Shown here one piece after another: positions 1 through 14,600 of a stretch of 64,000 bases of DNA; within the stretch, counting starts at the first letter, position 1; each line of letters starts with the position of its first letter. The stretch comes from an uncultured Alphaproteobacteria bacterium (GTDB lineage Bacteria; Pseudomonadota; Alphaproteobacteria; SMXQ01). Below the pieces are notes generated by a model. That model had not been told where the DNA came from. It made no database searches and was given only the letters and a program-made list of their open reading frames with translations. The position numbers were made by a program, and so were the translations under genes. The DNA lies in assembly GCA_963732875.1 (NCBI GenBank), contig CAVTBD010000002.1:482678-546677 (forward strand), given 5' to 3'.

Positions 1-1
1 G

Positions 2-259
2 ATGCTGATCACGGGCGCGCTTGCGCTCGCCGGTTGCCAGCACGTGCCCCCCGACGTCACCAAGACCGTGTCCTATGACGACAAGGGGCGTCAGGTGGTA
101 TCCTACCGCATCTGCGAGCGCAACGGCCTGCCGGTGGTTGGCGAGACTGCGTGCCGGACCGAGACCGTGATCCGCAACTACTGCTACCGGACCATCGGCA
201 ACGTGGAATGCTACGAGAAGCCGATCCCCGGCCGCACCGCCCTGAGGGTTGCCGATTGA
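2..259 (+). CDS. 3' fragment of a hypothetical lipoprotein; 5' end lies outside the window
   Basis: ORF runs to the window edge; contains a lipobox-like ALALAGC; no recognisable domain. Confidence 0.3.
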   Translation: MLITGALALAGCQHVPPDVTKTVSYDDKGRQVVSYRICERNGLPVVGETACRTETVIRNYCYRTIGNVECYEKPIPGRTALRVAD

Positions 260-261
260 GC

Positions 262-666
262 ATGACGGCGACAGGCGAGGCGGAGGTCGCCGCCCGGCCG
301 AAGCGGTCACGCACGACCAAGGCGAAGTCCCCAACCAAAGCGCCGGCCAAGCGTCGTGCTCCGGCAAGCGGGACCAATGCCAAAGCCAAGGTAGCGGCGA
401 AGGCACACACCGCCGCACCGAAAGCCACCCCGGCCACGCCCACGACCACCACCTGGGTGGCGCAGTTCGTCTACTCGGATGCCGAGGGCAACGCCCAGGT
501 GTCGCTGCTGACCGTCACCGCCGAGACACGCGAGGCGGCCCAGGCGATCGCGGTGCGGCACGCCCCGACCGCAGAGTTCATGGTGTCGCTCCATCCCCGG
601 TCCGACGAGCAGTTCCTCGGCCAGGTGCGGATGCAGGCGCTCAACGCCACGGCGCCACAGCGCTGA
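262..666 (+). CDS. Histone H1-like Lys/Ala/Pro-rich basic protein, putative nucleoid-associated protein
   Basis: ATG at 262 inside the longer ORF 151..666; N-terminus is KAKSPTKAPAKRRAPASGTNAKAKVAAKAHTAAPKATPATP low-complexity followed by a small globular C-terminal domain. Confidence 0.45.
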   Translation: MTATGEAEVAARPKRSRTTKAKSPTKAPAKRRAPASGTNAKAKVAAKAHTAAPKATPATPTTTTWVAQFVYSDAEGNAQVSLLTVTAETREAAQAIAVRHAPTAEFMVSLHPRSDEQFLGQVRMQALNATAPQR

Positions 667-720
667 CCGCGCCGCGCGGGACCGCCCCTATCCCGGACGG
701 CCCCGACGCATGCGCTTCTC

Positions 721-2022
721 CTACTTCGTGCAATTCACCTTCTTGGCTTCGGTGCCCGGACCGGGATAGGTCAGCGTGCAGGTCATGCCGATCTTGAGCG
801 ACTTGCGCTTGACGTGCTTGCCGCCAAGCGTGATGTCGGTGCGCGAGCCCGAGATCTTCGCCTTGAGCAGCTTGCCGTGCTTCTTGATGTAGATGCGCCG
901 CCCGCCTTCCTTGATCTTGGCGATCGCGCCGGTATCGGTGATCAGCCGCACCTTGACCGTCTTGATGTACATATTGCCGGTCTTTTCGCTGGCTTCCTTG
1001 GCCGCCTGCACAACCTCGGGCGACGACGTCATGATGTTGGTTACCAGGTCCTGGACCTCGCGGCCGCTCAGGGGCGCCAGCTCGAGCTTCAGCTTCTTCG
1101 CGTCGGCAAGGAAATCCTTGTCCTTGAGCGTCGCGGAGAAAGCCGCGCGCATGGCCGCGACCCGGTCATCGGGCACGCCCGGCCCCATTACGATCGGACG
1201 GCCCATCGCCTGACGGGCGAACACCAGGGTCAGGATCTTCTTGTCGCGCGCGGTCTTGGCCACGTCCATCACGAACGGTACGCCCATCTTGGTGAGCTCG
1301 GGGTGCTTCGACGTGGAGAGCTGCAGCACGATGTTGATCTTGTGGTCCCTGAGCCACGATGCCCGGGTCGACTTGACCGACGACCACGACCAGCCGCAAC
1401 GGCCCTGCACCTCGCCCTTTTCCATGGCGAGGTTGATCTGGCTGCCGCCGGGATAGCCGGTGACGAGGTTGAGGTGCGCGCCGAGCACATTGTCGACCAC
1501 CTTGGGAAACACGTCGGTGTCGGCGCCGGGTCCCGTGCCACCCACCAGGATCTTCCTGGTCAGGAACTTATGGAGCGTGTCGATCCCGGTGGTGTGCCAG
1601 GTCACGCACACGCTGACCTCATTGTTGGCGCTGCCGATCCAGTTGAACCTGGTGGGATCGAAGCGCGCCTGCTTGTTGCCGAACAGGACCTCCATCGGCG
1701 CGCCCCGCCCGACCACGCCGAGCACAGTGCCATCCTGCGGCAGCGAGTTGTAGAGGGCGTCGGTCAGCCGGATGCTGCCGGCGCCCGGCAGGTTCTTGGG
1801 CGTGACGTGGGGATGGCCCGGAATGTGGTCGCCGATATGGCGGCCGACCACCCGCGCATAGGTATCGTAGCCGCCCCCAGGCGTATAGCCGATGTAGAGC
1901 GCGATGCCATGCTTGCCGTAGAAATCCGCGACGGAGTCCGCCGCAGTGGCCGAGTGTGCGAGTGTCGCGCCGGCGAGCACGCCGGCGAGAACAGCTCCCG
2001 TGAGGACTGTGAACGATTTCAT
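721..2022 (-). CDS. Periplasmic substrate-binding protein (TctC/Bug-like or ABC SBP family) with a Lys-rich C-terminal extension
   Basis: Signal peptide MKSFTVLTGAVLAGVLAGATLAHSATAA; motif IGYTPGGGYDTYARVVGRHIGDHIPGHPHVTPKNLPGAGS typical of this SBP family; unusual ~80-aa basic tail. Confidence 0.5.
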   Translation of the reverse strand: MKSFTVLTGAVLAGVLAGATLAHSATAADSVADFYGKHGIALYIGYTPGGGYDTYARVVGRHIGDHIPGHPHVTPKNLPGAGSIRLTDALYNSLPQDGTVLGVVGRGAPMEVLFGNKQARFDPTRFNWIGSANNEVSVCVTWHTTGIDTLHKFLTRKILVGGTGPGADTDVFPKVVDNVLGAHLNLVTGYPGGSQINLAMEKGEVQGRCGWSWSSVKSTRASWLRDHKINIVLQLSTSKHPELTKMGVPFVMDVAKTARDKKILTLVFARQAMGRPIVMGPGVPDDRVAAMRAAFSATLKDKDFLADAKKLKLELAPLSGREVQDLVTNIMTSSPEVVQAAKEASEKTGNMYIKTVKVRLITDTGAIAKIKEGGRRIYIKKHGKLLKAKISGSRTDITLGGKHVKRKSLKIGMTCTLTYPGPGTEAKKVNCTK

Positions 2023-2200
2023 TGGCTCTCTCCCGTTGGATTGACCTCCGTGACCAGAGCCCTTCAAAAGACGCTGCCTCCTGCCCGGGAACCGAGCGGG
2101 AGTGCCACCTCCTCCTGATTTCTAATTATTTTACATAACAACCCTACAGGAAGCCGCGCCGGAGTGCAAAAAGCCGAGGAAACAGCCCTTTTAGGCCGGA

Positions 2201-3472
2201 TCAGGGGGCACGCACCTGCTGCAAATCGTCGTCTTCACCCTCTTCCGCCACGCCCGTCGCCTGCGCCAACGACGCCACCCGCGCGGCGGGGAACGTGACG
2301 ATGGCGGAGGTGCCGATGCCGGGTGTGCTGTCGAGGCGCAGCGAGCCGCCGTGCGCCTCGGTCATGCGCTTGACCAGCGGCAGGCCGAGGCCTGCGCCCT
2401 CGTAGCGGCGGCTGAGACGGCTGTCCACCTGACCGAACGGTTCGAGCGCCGTGGCGATGTCGGCCTCGCTCATGCCCACCCCCTGGTCCTTGACCGTGAA
2501 ACGCAGCTCGCCGCCCGCGAGGCGACAGGCGCTGAGTGATACCCGCCCCTGGGGATGGCTGAACTTGATGGCGTTGGACAGGAGGTTGAGCAGGATCTGC
2601 TTGATCAGGCGGGCGTCGCCGCGCAGCGTGCAGGGCGTCCGGGGCGCCGATACGTAGAGCCGGATTCCCGCCGAGCGGGCCCGTTCGCCGATCAGACGCA
2701 AGGTCAATTCCATCAGCGCCGCGACGCTGACGCGCTCCTCGGTCAGTTCGAGCTTGCCCGCCTCGACCTTGGCGATATCGAGGATGTCGTTGATGATGCC
2801 GAGCAGATGCTTGCCGGAATCGCCGATATCCTTGGCATATTCGTTATAGCGCCGATGTCCCAGCGGGCCGAACATCTCGGTCGCGAGGATGTGCGAGAAG
2901 CCGATGATGGCGTTGAGCGGCGTGCGCAACTCGTGGCTCATGTTGGCGAGGAACTGGCTCTTGGACTGGTTGGCCAATTCGGCCCGCGCCCTTGCCTCGT
3001 CGAGCAGCGTGTTGCGCTTGCGCGACTGCTCGAGCGTCAGCGTCAGCAGGGACAGCGCCGTGCCGACACCGTGATAGGCGCCGTTCCGCGTGACAATGAA
3101 GCCTTCCAGCAGCGCGCTCGGCCGCTGCTCGACGATGACGGCGCCGAGATCCTCGACCGTCATGTCGTCGCGAACGACCAACGGCTCGGCGTTCATCAGG
3201 CGAGTGATCGGCTTGTGCTCGAACAGGGCGCGACCGAAACGGTCCGCCAGCTTGACCAGGAACACCTCGCGGTTGACGAGGCCGACCGGCGCATCGCCAT
3301 CCACCACCGGAACCGCGAGCAGGTCCGGCTCGCGCGAGAAGCGCTCGTAGATCAGCTCGCACGACGCGGTACAGCCGACCGGTTCCACCCATGTACCGAG
3401 ACGCGTGATCGGCAGAGGCACATCCGCACCGGAACCGCCGTTTCCTTGAATCGCTTTTTCGGCTTGTGACAT
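2201..3472 (-). CDS. Sensor histidine kinase (HisKA + HATPase_c) with an N-terminal CBS-like sensing region
   Basis: H-box [19 protein letters not shown]; N, G1 and G2 boxes ([21 protein letters not shown]); start taken at MSQAEK, ORF extends to 3505. Confidence 0.8.
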   Translation of the reverse strand: MSQAEKAIQGNGGSGADVPLPITRLGTWVEPVGCTASCELIYERFSREPDLLAVPVVDGDAPVGLVNREVFLVKLADRFGRALFEHKPITRLMNAEPLVVRDDMTVEDLGAVIVEQRPSALLEGFIVTRNGAYHGVGTALSLLTLTLEQSRKRNTLLDEARARAELANQSKSQFLANMSHELRTPLNAIIGFSHILATEMFGPLGHRRYNEYAKDIGDSGKHLLGIINDILDIAKVEAGKLELTEERVSVAALMELTLRLIGERARSAGIRLYVSAPRTPCTLRGDARLIKQILLNLLSNAIKFSHPQGRVSLSACRLAGGELRFTVKDQGVGMSEADIATALEPFGQVDSRLSRRYEGAGLGLPLVKRMTEAHGGSLRLDSTPGIGTSAIVTFPAARVASLAQATGVAEEGEDDDLQQVRAP

Positions 3473-3686
3473 GGGTTTATCGGAGCGGATGAATGGGACC
3501 GGCAAGCGGGAGGATACGGCGGGGAAAGTATATGGAATGTTAACGGCATCATTCTAAGCCATTGAATAAAATGATATTTTTGTGACAGATCAATTACAGC
3601 ACCAGCGACCCCCTGCCGGTATGCCCAAGAAGGTGCTAACCTTTGTCCCCGTGCCGCAGAGCACGACTGCATATGGAGGGGACCCC

Positions 3687-4115
3687 ATGAACGTCGCCAC
3701 CATTCTTCAGTCCAAGGGCGGGAACGTCGTTACCGCCCGTCCTACCGCCACCATCGCCGAGATTGCCAGTCTCCTGCGCGACGCCCGTATCGGCGCCGTG
3801 GTGATCAGTTCCGACCGCGTCCGGGTCGAGGGCATCTTGTCGGAGCGCGATATCGTGCGTGCCCTCGCCGAACACGGCGAGGCGACGCTGTCGCACACCG
3901 CCGCCGATCTCATGACCCGCAACGTCACCACCTGCACCCCGTCCGACGACGTGGCCCACCTGATGTCGGTGATGACGTCGGGCCGCTTCCGTCACCTCCC
4001 CGTCATGGAGGAAGGCGCGCTGGTGGGGCTGGTCTCGATCGGCGACGTGGTCCGCGTCCGCGTCGAGGAAGTGGAGCGCGAGGCCGAGGCGCTGCGCGAA
4101 TACGTCGCGCAATAG
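3687..4115 (+). CDS. CBS-pair domain protein
   Basis: RBS GGAGGG 7 nt upstream of ATG 3687; two CBS motifs (IGAVVISSD..VEGILSERDIVRAL / RHLPVMEEGALVGLVSIGDVV). Confidence 0.8.
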   Translation: MNVATILQSKGGNVVTARPTATIAEIASLLRDARIGAVVISSDRVRVEGILSERDIVRALAEHGEATLSHTAADLMTRNVTTCTPSDDVAHLMSVMTSGRFRHLPVMEEGALVGLVSIGDVVRVRVEEVEREAEALREYVAQ

Positions 4116-4137
4116 CCGCTCCGGCCACCCCAAAAAA

Positions 4138-4179
4138 GGCCCGCCCGGCCCGCCCCGGGACCGGGCCAGCGGGCTTTCC
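4138..4179 (+). terminator. Candidate rho-independent terminator after the CBS gene
   Basis: GC-rich imperfect hairpin GGCCCGCCCGG...CCGGGCCAGCGGGC followed by TTTCC. Confidence 0.3.
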
Positions 4180-4215
4180 TGCGCCTCCCCGACATGCTAA
4201 ACCGGCCCGGCGCGT

Positions 4216-4290
4216 GGGCCGGTAGCTCAGTGGTAGAGCAGCTGCCTTTTAAGCAGCGGGTCGCGGGTTCGATCCCCGCCCGGCTCACCA
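4216..4290 (+). tRNA. tRNA-Lys (anticodon UUU)
   Basis: Hand-folded cloverleaf: acceptor GGGCCGG/CCGGCTC with one G-U, D arm GCTC-AGTGGTA-GAGC, anticodon stem GCTGC/GCAGC with loop CTTTTAA, T arm GCGGG-TTCGATC-CCCGC, 3' CCA encoded. Confidence 0.85.
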
Positions 4291-4348
4291 CTTCCATTTT
4301 CCCGACAGCGGCCGCGTCTTCCCGAAGGCCCTGCATCCGGAGGCCGTC

Positions 4349-4780
4349 ATGCGGGTCCTGCTTCTTTCCTGGCAGTTCTGGGCGGTCCTGTCGGCGATCT
4401 TCGCCGCCTTCACCGCCATCCTCGCCAAGGTCGGCGTCGAGGGCGTCAACCCCGACTTCGCCACCTTCATCCGAACGCTGGTGATCGCGCTCGCGATCGC
4501 CGGAATCCTGTTCGGCACGGGCGCATGGCAGGCGCCTGGCGCCGTCCCCTCGCGCAGCTACCTGTTCCTGGTGCTGTCGGGCCTCGCCACCGGCGCATCG
4601 TGGCTGTGCTACTTCCGCGCGCTCAAGCTCGGCGACGCGGCACGCGTGGCCCCCATCGACAAGCTCAGCGTCGTGATGGTGGCACTGTTCGGGGTGGCGA
4701 TCCTCGGCGAGAAGCTGTCGCTGTTCAACTGGCTCGGCATCGCCCTGATCGGGGGCGGCGCGATCCTCGTCGCCTACTGA
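4349..4780 (+). CDS. EamA-like small DMT-family transporter
   Basis: 143 aa, 4 predicted TM helices, EamA-type motifs (ILAKVGVEGVNP, GLATGASWLCYFRALKLG). Confidence 0.7.
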   Translation: MRVLLLSWQFWAVLSAIFAAFTAILAKVGVEGVNPDFATFIRTLVIALAIAGILFGTGAWQAPGAVPSRSYLFLVLSGLATGASWLCYFRALKLGDAARVAPIDKLSVVMVALFGVAILGEKLSLFNWLGIALIGGGAILVAY

Positions 4781-4798
4781 AGCGGGACCGCGACGCGA

Positions 4799-5599
4799 TC
4801 ACGCACCGCCGTTCTCCCACTTGTCGAGATCCACCTCCCAGCCCTTCTTGTAGCTGAGGTCGAAGCGGTTTCCTTCCGGGTCCTGCAGACGGTACTCCGC
4901 ATAGGGCCGCGTCGCGGGCCGCTTGGCGACATGGATCTCCTTGGAGAAAGCATCGAGCTTCGCTTCCATGTCCGATACCAGGAAGCCGAAGTGGTTGACG
5001 CCGAAGCGATACTCGTGCCCTTCCGGCGCGCCGTTGTAGAACGGATGGACGGCGAGGTTGGTGAAGCCATCGCCGGCGAAGCGGTTCTTGCGTTCCTGGG
5101 AACGACGCTCGAACGAGGTGTCGAGCTCGTGAAACCCGAACAGGGATTCATAGAACTGGAGGATGTTGGTCGGATCGAGAGCGTTGAAGGCGATGTGCGC
5201 CACGCGCGGCAGGCGGCGCGCCTCGCCGCCCACGCCGAAGTCACCGGTGGACAGGCTCACCGCGCGGGCCTCGGGATCGTAGATGCGCACGTCGCCGAAA
5301 TGCGGTCCGCCCTTCTCCTCGATCACCTCGCCGCGCGGCGCGCGGTCACGGTAGCGGGCCAGCACCTTGTCGACGTTGTCCACCTGTAGCCCGACGTGAT
5401 GCAGCCCGAGGGTCTGGTCGGGCTCGCACAGCTCCTCACGCGCCTTGAGAAAGGTGAGGTTGAAGAACCCGTCGGTCAGCGACACGTCGCCCTGGTTCGA
5501 GCGGCCGATTTCCTCGAGCCCGAGGTGGCGCTTGTAGAACCCGGTGATGCCGTCGGGATCATTGCTCAGAAACGCGAGATAGCGAAGCCGGCCGGCCAT
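4799..5599 (-). CDS. Two-domain VOC (glyoxalase/bleomycin-resistance/dioxygenase) family protein
   Basis: Tandem VOC modules (HHVGLQVDNVD..., HIAFNALD...). Confidence 0.65.
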   Translation of the reverse strand: MAGRLRYLAFLSNDPDGITGFYKRHLGLEEIGRSNQGDVSLTDGFFNLTFLKAREELCEPDQTLGLHHVGLQVDNVDKVLARYRDRAPRGEVIEEKGGPHFGDVRIYDPEARAVSLSTGDFGVGGEARRLPRVAHIAFNALDPTNILQFYESLFGFHELDTSFERRSQERKNRFAGDGFTNLAVHPFYNGAPEGHEYRFGVNHFGFLVSDMEAKLDAFSKEIHVAKRPATRPYAEYRLQDPEGNRFDLSYKKGWEVDLDKWENGGA

Positions 5600-5682
5600 G
5601 TCGCCCTCCTCCCGAAATGTTTTTCGTTATTCGGAAAGAATAGCGCGCCGACGCGCCGGCGCAAAGGCCGGTGGTAGGCCGT

Positions 5683-6178
5683 TCAGCCCTGGCCGAAGGC
5701 CCGGCGCAGATGGACGGCCACGGCGGGCGTCACGAACTGGCTGATGTCGCCGCCCAGACGGCAGATTTCCTTGACGAAGCGCGACGAAATGAACTGGTGG
5801 CGGTCGGATGCCATCAGGAACACCGTCTCGATCTCGGGCTTGATGCGGGAGTTCATGCCGACCATCTGGAACTCGTACTCGAAGTCGGACACCGCCCGCA
5901 GGCCGCGGATGATCAGGCTCGCCCCCGCTTCCTCGGCGAAGCTCACCAGCAGCGTCGAGAACGGCACCACTTCGATCGTGCCGCCGTTGCGGGTGATTTC
6001 CTTTACATCCTCGCACACCATCGCGACGCGCTCGGCGACCGGGAACAGCGGTCCCTTGTCGTCGTTGGTGGCGACCGCGATGATCAGCTTGTCCACCACG
6101 CGCAGCGCGCGCTTGACCACGTCGAGGTGGCCGAGCGTGATGGGATCGAAGGTGCCGGGATAGATTCCGGTGCGCGGC

Positions 6179-6186
<8 letters not shown>
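5683..6186 (-). CDS. coaD: Phosphopantetheine adenylyltransferase
   Basis: [20 protein letters not shown] nucleotidyltransferase motif; 167 aa; overlaps the gyrA stop by 8 nt. Confidence 0.95.
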
Positions 6187-8986
<2,800 letters not shown>

Positions 8987-9153
8987 CGATACGGTTTCCG
9001 GTCGCTTGGAATCCCGGGAGCGGAGCCGTCCCGGGCGGGAAAAATCACATGCTCAAAATATAGCCGATCGGGCCTTCCGGAACAACAGAAGATCGCGGAA
9101 AAAGCTCTTTCAGATTAAGGTGTTAGAGCGCCAAAAACAGTGCCGCGCCACGA

Positions 9154-9627
9154 CTAGAACGGAATCTCGTCGTCGAGCTCGGCACGGCCGCTTGCGGGCG
9201 CGCTGCCGCCGCCGTAATCGCTGCCGCTACTGCTGCTACCCCCGCCGTAGTCGCCACTGCTCCCGCCGCTGTCGCCGCGGCCATCGAGCATGGTCAGCTC
9301 ACCCCGGAACTTGCCCAGCACGACCTCGGTCGTGTAGCGGTCCTGGCCTTCCTTGTCCTGCCACTTGCGGGTCTGGAGCTGGCCTTCCAGATAGACCTTG
9401 GAGCCCTTGCGGAGATACTTTTCCGCGACCTCGGCGAGGCGCTCGTTGAAGATCACCACCCGGTGCCATTCGGTGCGCTCCTTGCGCTCGCCCGACGCGC
9501 GGTCGCGCCACTGCTCCGAGGTCGCCACCGACAGCTGCACGATCTTGCCGCCGTCCTGCATGGAGCGCACTTCCGGATCGCGGCCTAGGTTGCCGATGAG
9601 GATGACCTTGTTGACGCTGCCCGCCAT
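9154..9627 (-). CDS. ssb: Single-stranded DNA-binding protein
   Basis: OB-fold N-terminus ([15 protein letters not shown]...), Gly/Ser-rich linker, C-terminal DDEIPF tail; start at MAGSVNK inside the longer ORF. Confidence 0.95.
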   Translation of the reverse strand: MAGSVNKVILIGNLGRDPEVRSMQDGGKIVQLSVATSEQWRDRASGERKERTEWHRVVIFNERLAEVAEKYLRKGSKVYLEGQLQTRKWQDKEGQDRYTTEVVLGKFRGELTMLDGRGDSGGSSGDYGGGSSSSGSDYGGGSAPASGRAELDDEIPF

Positions 9628-9842
9628 ATTGTTCCGCCTTTCGCTGGTTCCATGTTCGGTCGAGATGAGACTAGCCGAAAAGGCCGGCCAAGACAGCACC
9701 CCAATTTGGCGCAGCGGGCAATCATTCCCATATAGCTGGTCCACATCCCGGGGCTGCGCCAAAATCGTCGCCCGGTGCCCGTTTTGGTGTAGGCTGGCGG
9801 GCTGTCCCATCCGCCCGGCGGCTTGTTTGCGTACAGAGGATC

Positions 9843-12767
<2,925 letters not shown>

Positions 12768-12777
12768 GGGAACAGCC

Positions 12778-13175
12778 ATGACGGTGCATTCCCTGAACGC
12801 CAACTGGTACGGGGAAGCACTCCACGCCAGGATCGCCAAAATCCTCGCCGTCCGCGCCAGCGAAAAGGTGCTCGACCTCGGCTGCGGACGCGGCCTGATC
12901 CTGCCACCGCTCCTGTCCCGGGCCGGTGCCGCCGGAACCGTCCAGCGACGCGGCGTCCCTCGCCAAGGCGGGCGAAGGTCACGCCGAGGTGCTGACGTCG
13001 GGACGCCTTGAACTTCGACAGGAAGACGTCGGCGCGCCCCTTGCCGTTTGCCGACTATACCTTCGAGGCACTCGTCTGCCAGAACGTGCTGGAATGCCTG
13101 ACCGAGCCCCGCCGTCTGCTGGACGAAACGCTTCGGGTGCTGAAGCCGGGCGGTCGGCTGCTCGCCGGCCAATAA
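12778..13175 (+). pseudogene. Class I SAM-dependent methyltransferase disrupted by two frameshifts
   Basis: N-terminus VLDLGCGRGLILP in frame 1; middle SDAASLAKAGEGHAEV...LELRQEDVGAPL in frame 2; C-terminus LPFADYTFEALVCQNVLECLTEP...RVLKPGGRLLAGQ in frame 0; junctions near 12945 and 13037 (a CCCC run). Confidence 0.55.
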
Positions 13176-13324
13176 CCCCCACAACGCGCGTATCATCGCC
13201 GCATCGCGGTTCAACCGACACCAACAGGAGACCCTGAACGACATGCGCCGACTAGACGTCGAACAGGCTTTTCATCGCTGCAACATTTCCACCAATCGGA
13301 AAAATGACCGAGGAGATCACTATC

Positions 13325-14242
13325 ATGAAAGCAATCGTTGTGACGGACCAGGCTGCGGGAACGGCCGGGATGAAGCTGGTGGAGCGGCCCGAGCCGCAGG
13401 CAGCGATAAACGACGTCGTCGTTCAGGTTCATGCGTCGGGCTTCGTCCCGACTGAGCTGGCGTGGCCTTCGACCTGGACCGATCGCCGCGATAGTGACCG
13501 AACACCGTCGATCCCTGGGCATGAACTCGCCGGAGTCGTCACCGCCCTCGGCTATGGCACGACGGGACTGTCGGTGGGACAGCGGGTGTTCGGCCTCGCA
13601 GACTGGCATCGCGACGGCACGCTCGCGGAGTATGTAGCCATGGAAGCACGCAACCTCGCGCCACTACCGGGCGACGTCGACTTCACGGTGGGCGCGAGCT
13701 TGCCAATCTCGGGTCTCACCGCGTGGCAGGGACTCTTTCAGCACGGCCGCCTTCAGGCGGGCCAGAGCGTCCTCGCTCACGGCGCGGCCGGCGCAGTTGG
13801 TTCGATGGTGACGCAACTCGCACGAGAGGCCGGTGCCCATGTCATCGGCACCGGACGTGCCGCCGACCGCCAGAAGGCGCTCGACTTCGGCGCAAATGAA
13901 TTCGTCGATCTCGAGAACGACGCCCTGGAAGACGTAGGCGGAGTCGATCTGGCGTTCGATGTCATCGGCGGCGACATCCAGAAGCGGTCCGCAGCCCTGA
14001 TTCGAGCCGGAGGTACGCTGGTGACCGTCGTCGGCCCGGCCGAGTCGCGGCCCGCGGATGGCCTAGCCGTTGACTTCGTTGTCGAGTTTGAGCGTGCCCA
14101 ACTGAGTGAGATCGTCCAGCGGGTGCGGGACGGCCGGCTGCAGACGAACATCGGCAAAGTCTCGGCCCTCGACGATGCTGTCGCCACCTTCAACGCGACA
14201 GAGCGCCGCGCGGGGAAGACGGTCATTCGCGTTCGGCCCTGA
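13325..14242 (+). CDS. Zinc-binding alcohol dehydrogenase / NADPH:quinone oxidoreductase (MDR superfamily)
   Basis: RBS GAGGAG upstream of ATG 13325; GxGxxG-type NAD(P)-binding AHGAAGAVGSMVTQLA; MDR fold. Confidence 0.8.
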   Translation: MKAIVVTDQAAGTAGMKLVERPEPQAAINDVVVQVHASGFVPTELAWPSTWTDRRDSDRTPSIPGHELAGVVTALGYGTTGLSVGQRVFGLADWHRDGTLAEYVAMEARNLAPLPGDVDFTVGASLPISGLTAWQGLFQHGRLQAGQSVLAHGAAGAVGSMVTQLAREAGAHVIGTGRAADRQKALDFGANEFVDLENDALEDVGGVDLAFDVIGGDIQKRSAALIRAGGTLVTVVGPAESRPADGLAVDFVVEFERAQLSEIVQRVRDGRLQTNIGKVSALDDAVATFNATERRAGKTVIRVRP

Positions 14243-14600
14243 GCCGGATCGCGGACGGAACTTTCTATTTCGCCATTCCCTGGGTCTACGTCCTCACCCG
14301 CAAGTGACGCGCCCGCGTCGGCGTTTATGTCAAATCGCCGCAAAAATCGGGGATAATCTACAAAATCCCCTTGCAATTTATCGCGGTTGATCCACTTTTA
14401 CGCGCAACTCCGCAACGGAGCGACACGGACAGCGCGCCGGGCAATCCCTCGCCGAACAGGCAGATGAGGATCCGGTGGCCTAGGGCATCGCCGTCCGCCC
14501 GCCATGGAGAGCTTGCGGAGTGCCCGTAGGAGCGGGGGTTTCGCGAGTTCGATCAGAACCCGCTCACGTACATGAGTTTAGAGCTGGCAAGGAGGGCACA

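Noticed and set aside
4216-4290. tRNA-Lys as an integration site for a genomic island
   Set aside because: No integrase, direct repeat of the tRNA 3' end, or compositional shift is seen. The flanks are ordinary core genes.
4194-4484. 96-aa ORF overlapping tRNA-Lys and the start of the EamA gene
   Set aside because: It overlaps a well-folded tRNA and the real start of the transporter gene, and has no RBS or homology.
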